A DNA stretch of 45,266 nt from Candidatus Aminicenantes bacterium (lineage in GTDB: Bacteria > Acidobacteriota > Aminicenantia > Aminicenantales > JAFGBC01): contig JALHUR010000146.1 of NCBI GenBank assembly GCA_022867325.1, positions 1 through 45,266 on the forward strand, in the 5' to 3' direction. Position numbers and translations under genes: made by a program. Positions 44,312 to 45,266 of the stretch are shown in pieces; the first letter of the stretch is position 1, and every line of letters starts with the position of its first letter. Under the pieces are notes generated by a model. That model saw only the letters and a program-made list of their open reading frames with translations. It ran no database searches and was not told the DNA's origin.

Positions 44312-44423
44312 TGCGTTTTCCTCCTGATCCGCCCGACGCAGCTTTCGTTCAGATATGGGGTTGACACCGGCCGCGCAAAAATGCTAAGGAAGATTTGACA
44401 TTCCGGAGGTTCCGGGAATTTCC

Positions 44424-45020
44424 ATGGCTTACAAGCTGGTCCTCGCCGACGCTTCGCCTTCCATCCAGAAGGCGGTCCAGCTGGCTTTTCCCCCCGCCGA
44501 GTTCGAGGTCAGCTCCGTTTCCGACGGCCGGGACCTCCAGACGCTTCTGGGACGGGAGCGGCCGGACGTCCTCCTCCTCAGCCTGTCCCTTCCGGGAGGG
44601 GGAGGCTACGATATCGGCCGGGCCCTGTCGGGGCAGGACGAGTTCGGCCAGACGGTCCTATTTCTCCTCAGGGGTGTCTTCGAGCCCATGAACGAGGATC
44701 AGCTCGGCGGCATCCGCTTCGACGGGCTGGTCGTCAAACCCTTCGATTCGGAGGGCCTGGCCCGGGCCGTCAAAGAGGCCCTGGACAGGAAAAAGGGCCC
44801 CCTGTCTTTCCCCGAGGAAGCCAACCTGGAAGAGATCGTCGTCGAGAATCCCAAGCCTCCTTCCGGGACGGCGCGGGTCTTTTCCGAAATCGTCAGGGCG
44901 GCCGTCCGGGAGGAGATCCTGGCCGTCGAACGGGAGCTGGAGAAGCGGATCAGGACCAGAATCCTGGCCGTAGTCAAAGAATGGATGGAAAAGCCGCGGG
45001 GAAACGGACCCCGGCCATAG
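44424..45020 (+). CDS. Receiver-like (CheY-fold) protein lacking the phosphoacceptor Asp
   Basis: 198 aa. YKLVLADAS and VVKPF match receiver strands beta1 and beta5. The expected acceptor position reads DVLLLSLSLPGG, with Ser where CheY has D57. Confidence 0.6.
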   Translation: MAYKLVLADASPSIQKAVQLAFPPAEFEVSSVSDGRDLQTLLGRERPDVLLLSLSLPGGGGYDIGRALSGQDEFGQTVLFLLRGVFEPMNEDQLGGIRFDGLVVKPFDSEGLARAVKEALDRKKGPLSFPEEANLEEIVVENPKPPSGTARVFSEIVRAAVREEILAVERELEKRIRTRILAVVKEWMEKPRGNGPRP

Positions 45021-45042
45021 GCGTCCGCCGCCGAGGAAGACC

Positions 45043-45266
45043 ATGAAGATCGGCGCCAAAGTATTCGCCCATCAATCCTGCGGGTCCACCAACGACCTCG
45101 CCCGGGAGATGGCTCTTTCCGGCGAGGAGGAAGGGACCGTCGTGACCGCCGGGGCCCAAACCCAAGGACGCGGTACCAAGGGCCGAACCGGGCATTCGCC
45201 GGCGGGCCGGGGTTTATACATGTCGGTCATCCTCAGGCCGCCGGCGGCCGACCTGTCGCTCCTGCC
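45043..45266 (+). CDS. birA: Biotin--[acetyl-CoA-carboxylase] ligase, N-terminal part (runs off the right edge)
   Basis: The ATG at 45043 gives ..CGSTNDLAREMA..GTVVTAGAQTQGRGTKGRTGHSPAGRGLYMSVIL. This matches the STN and GRGR.GR.W.SP...LY.S blocks of biotin protein ligases. There is no N-terminal HTH. Confidence 0.8.
   Translation, partial: MKIGAKVFAHQSCGSTNDLAREMALSGEEEGTVVTAGAQTQGRGTKGRTGHSPAGRGLYMSVILRPPAADLSLL

Overview
This window is a high-GC bacterial chromosomal segment interrupted at about 17.0-30.1 kb by an AT-rich island of roughly 13 kb. One sampled 60-nt line has 43/60 G+C at 12001-12060 (host) and another has 20/60 at 18421-18480 (island).

Left flank: a FAS-like type I PKS of more than 2,560 codons lies on the minus strand (KS-AT-DH-cMT-ER-KR-ACP-TE start). 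It is open to the window edge and is therefore absent from the ORF track. It is followed by polA, then yceD-rpmF-plsX-fabG-acpP-fabF-etfB-etfA on the plus strand.

Right flank: the minus strand carries a polyferredoxin, a DUF362 protein, an AmiC-type amidase, apgM, a small OMP and an MTHFR/pterin-binding fusion. The plus strand then carries guaA, dnaE, a pseudo-receiver protein and the start of birA.

The island is bracketed by a 32-bp direct repeat (31/32 identical) that duplicates the last six codons plus the stop of etfA. It opens with decayed IS91-like and IS3-like transposase fragments and encodes no integrase. It contains two clear and two degenerate integron attC-like sites (RYYYAAC...GTTRRRY with covarying stems), so it looks like an integrase-less cassette array (CALIN).

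Cargo:
1. A 7-gene reverse-oriented unit. It is a Liv-type ABC transporter with a radical SAM (SPASM/twitch-like) enzyme and a 581-aa membrane protein of unknown function wedged between the binding protein and the permeases.
2. A tightly coupled 4-gene operon: a ParB-like protein, an HTH/RHH paralog, a 318-aa possible PD-(D/E)xK protein and a PAPS-reductase-like PP-loop enzyme. It recalls the DndB/DndC and IbrB/IbrA pairs but lacks every other Dnd/Ssp/BREX component. This is my top candidate for an undescribed DNA-modification or defence module.
3. Two small cassettes, one with a 115-aa orphan and one with a SIMPL/DUF541 protein.

I saw no rRNA, tRNA or CRISPR array. Many long ORFs in the track are antisense shadow frames of GC-rich genes. 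All family assignments come from motif recognition by eye, not from database searches.
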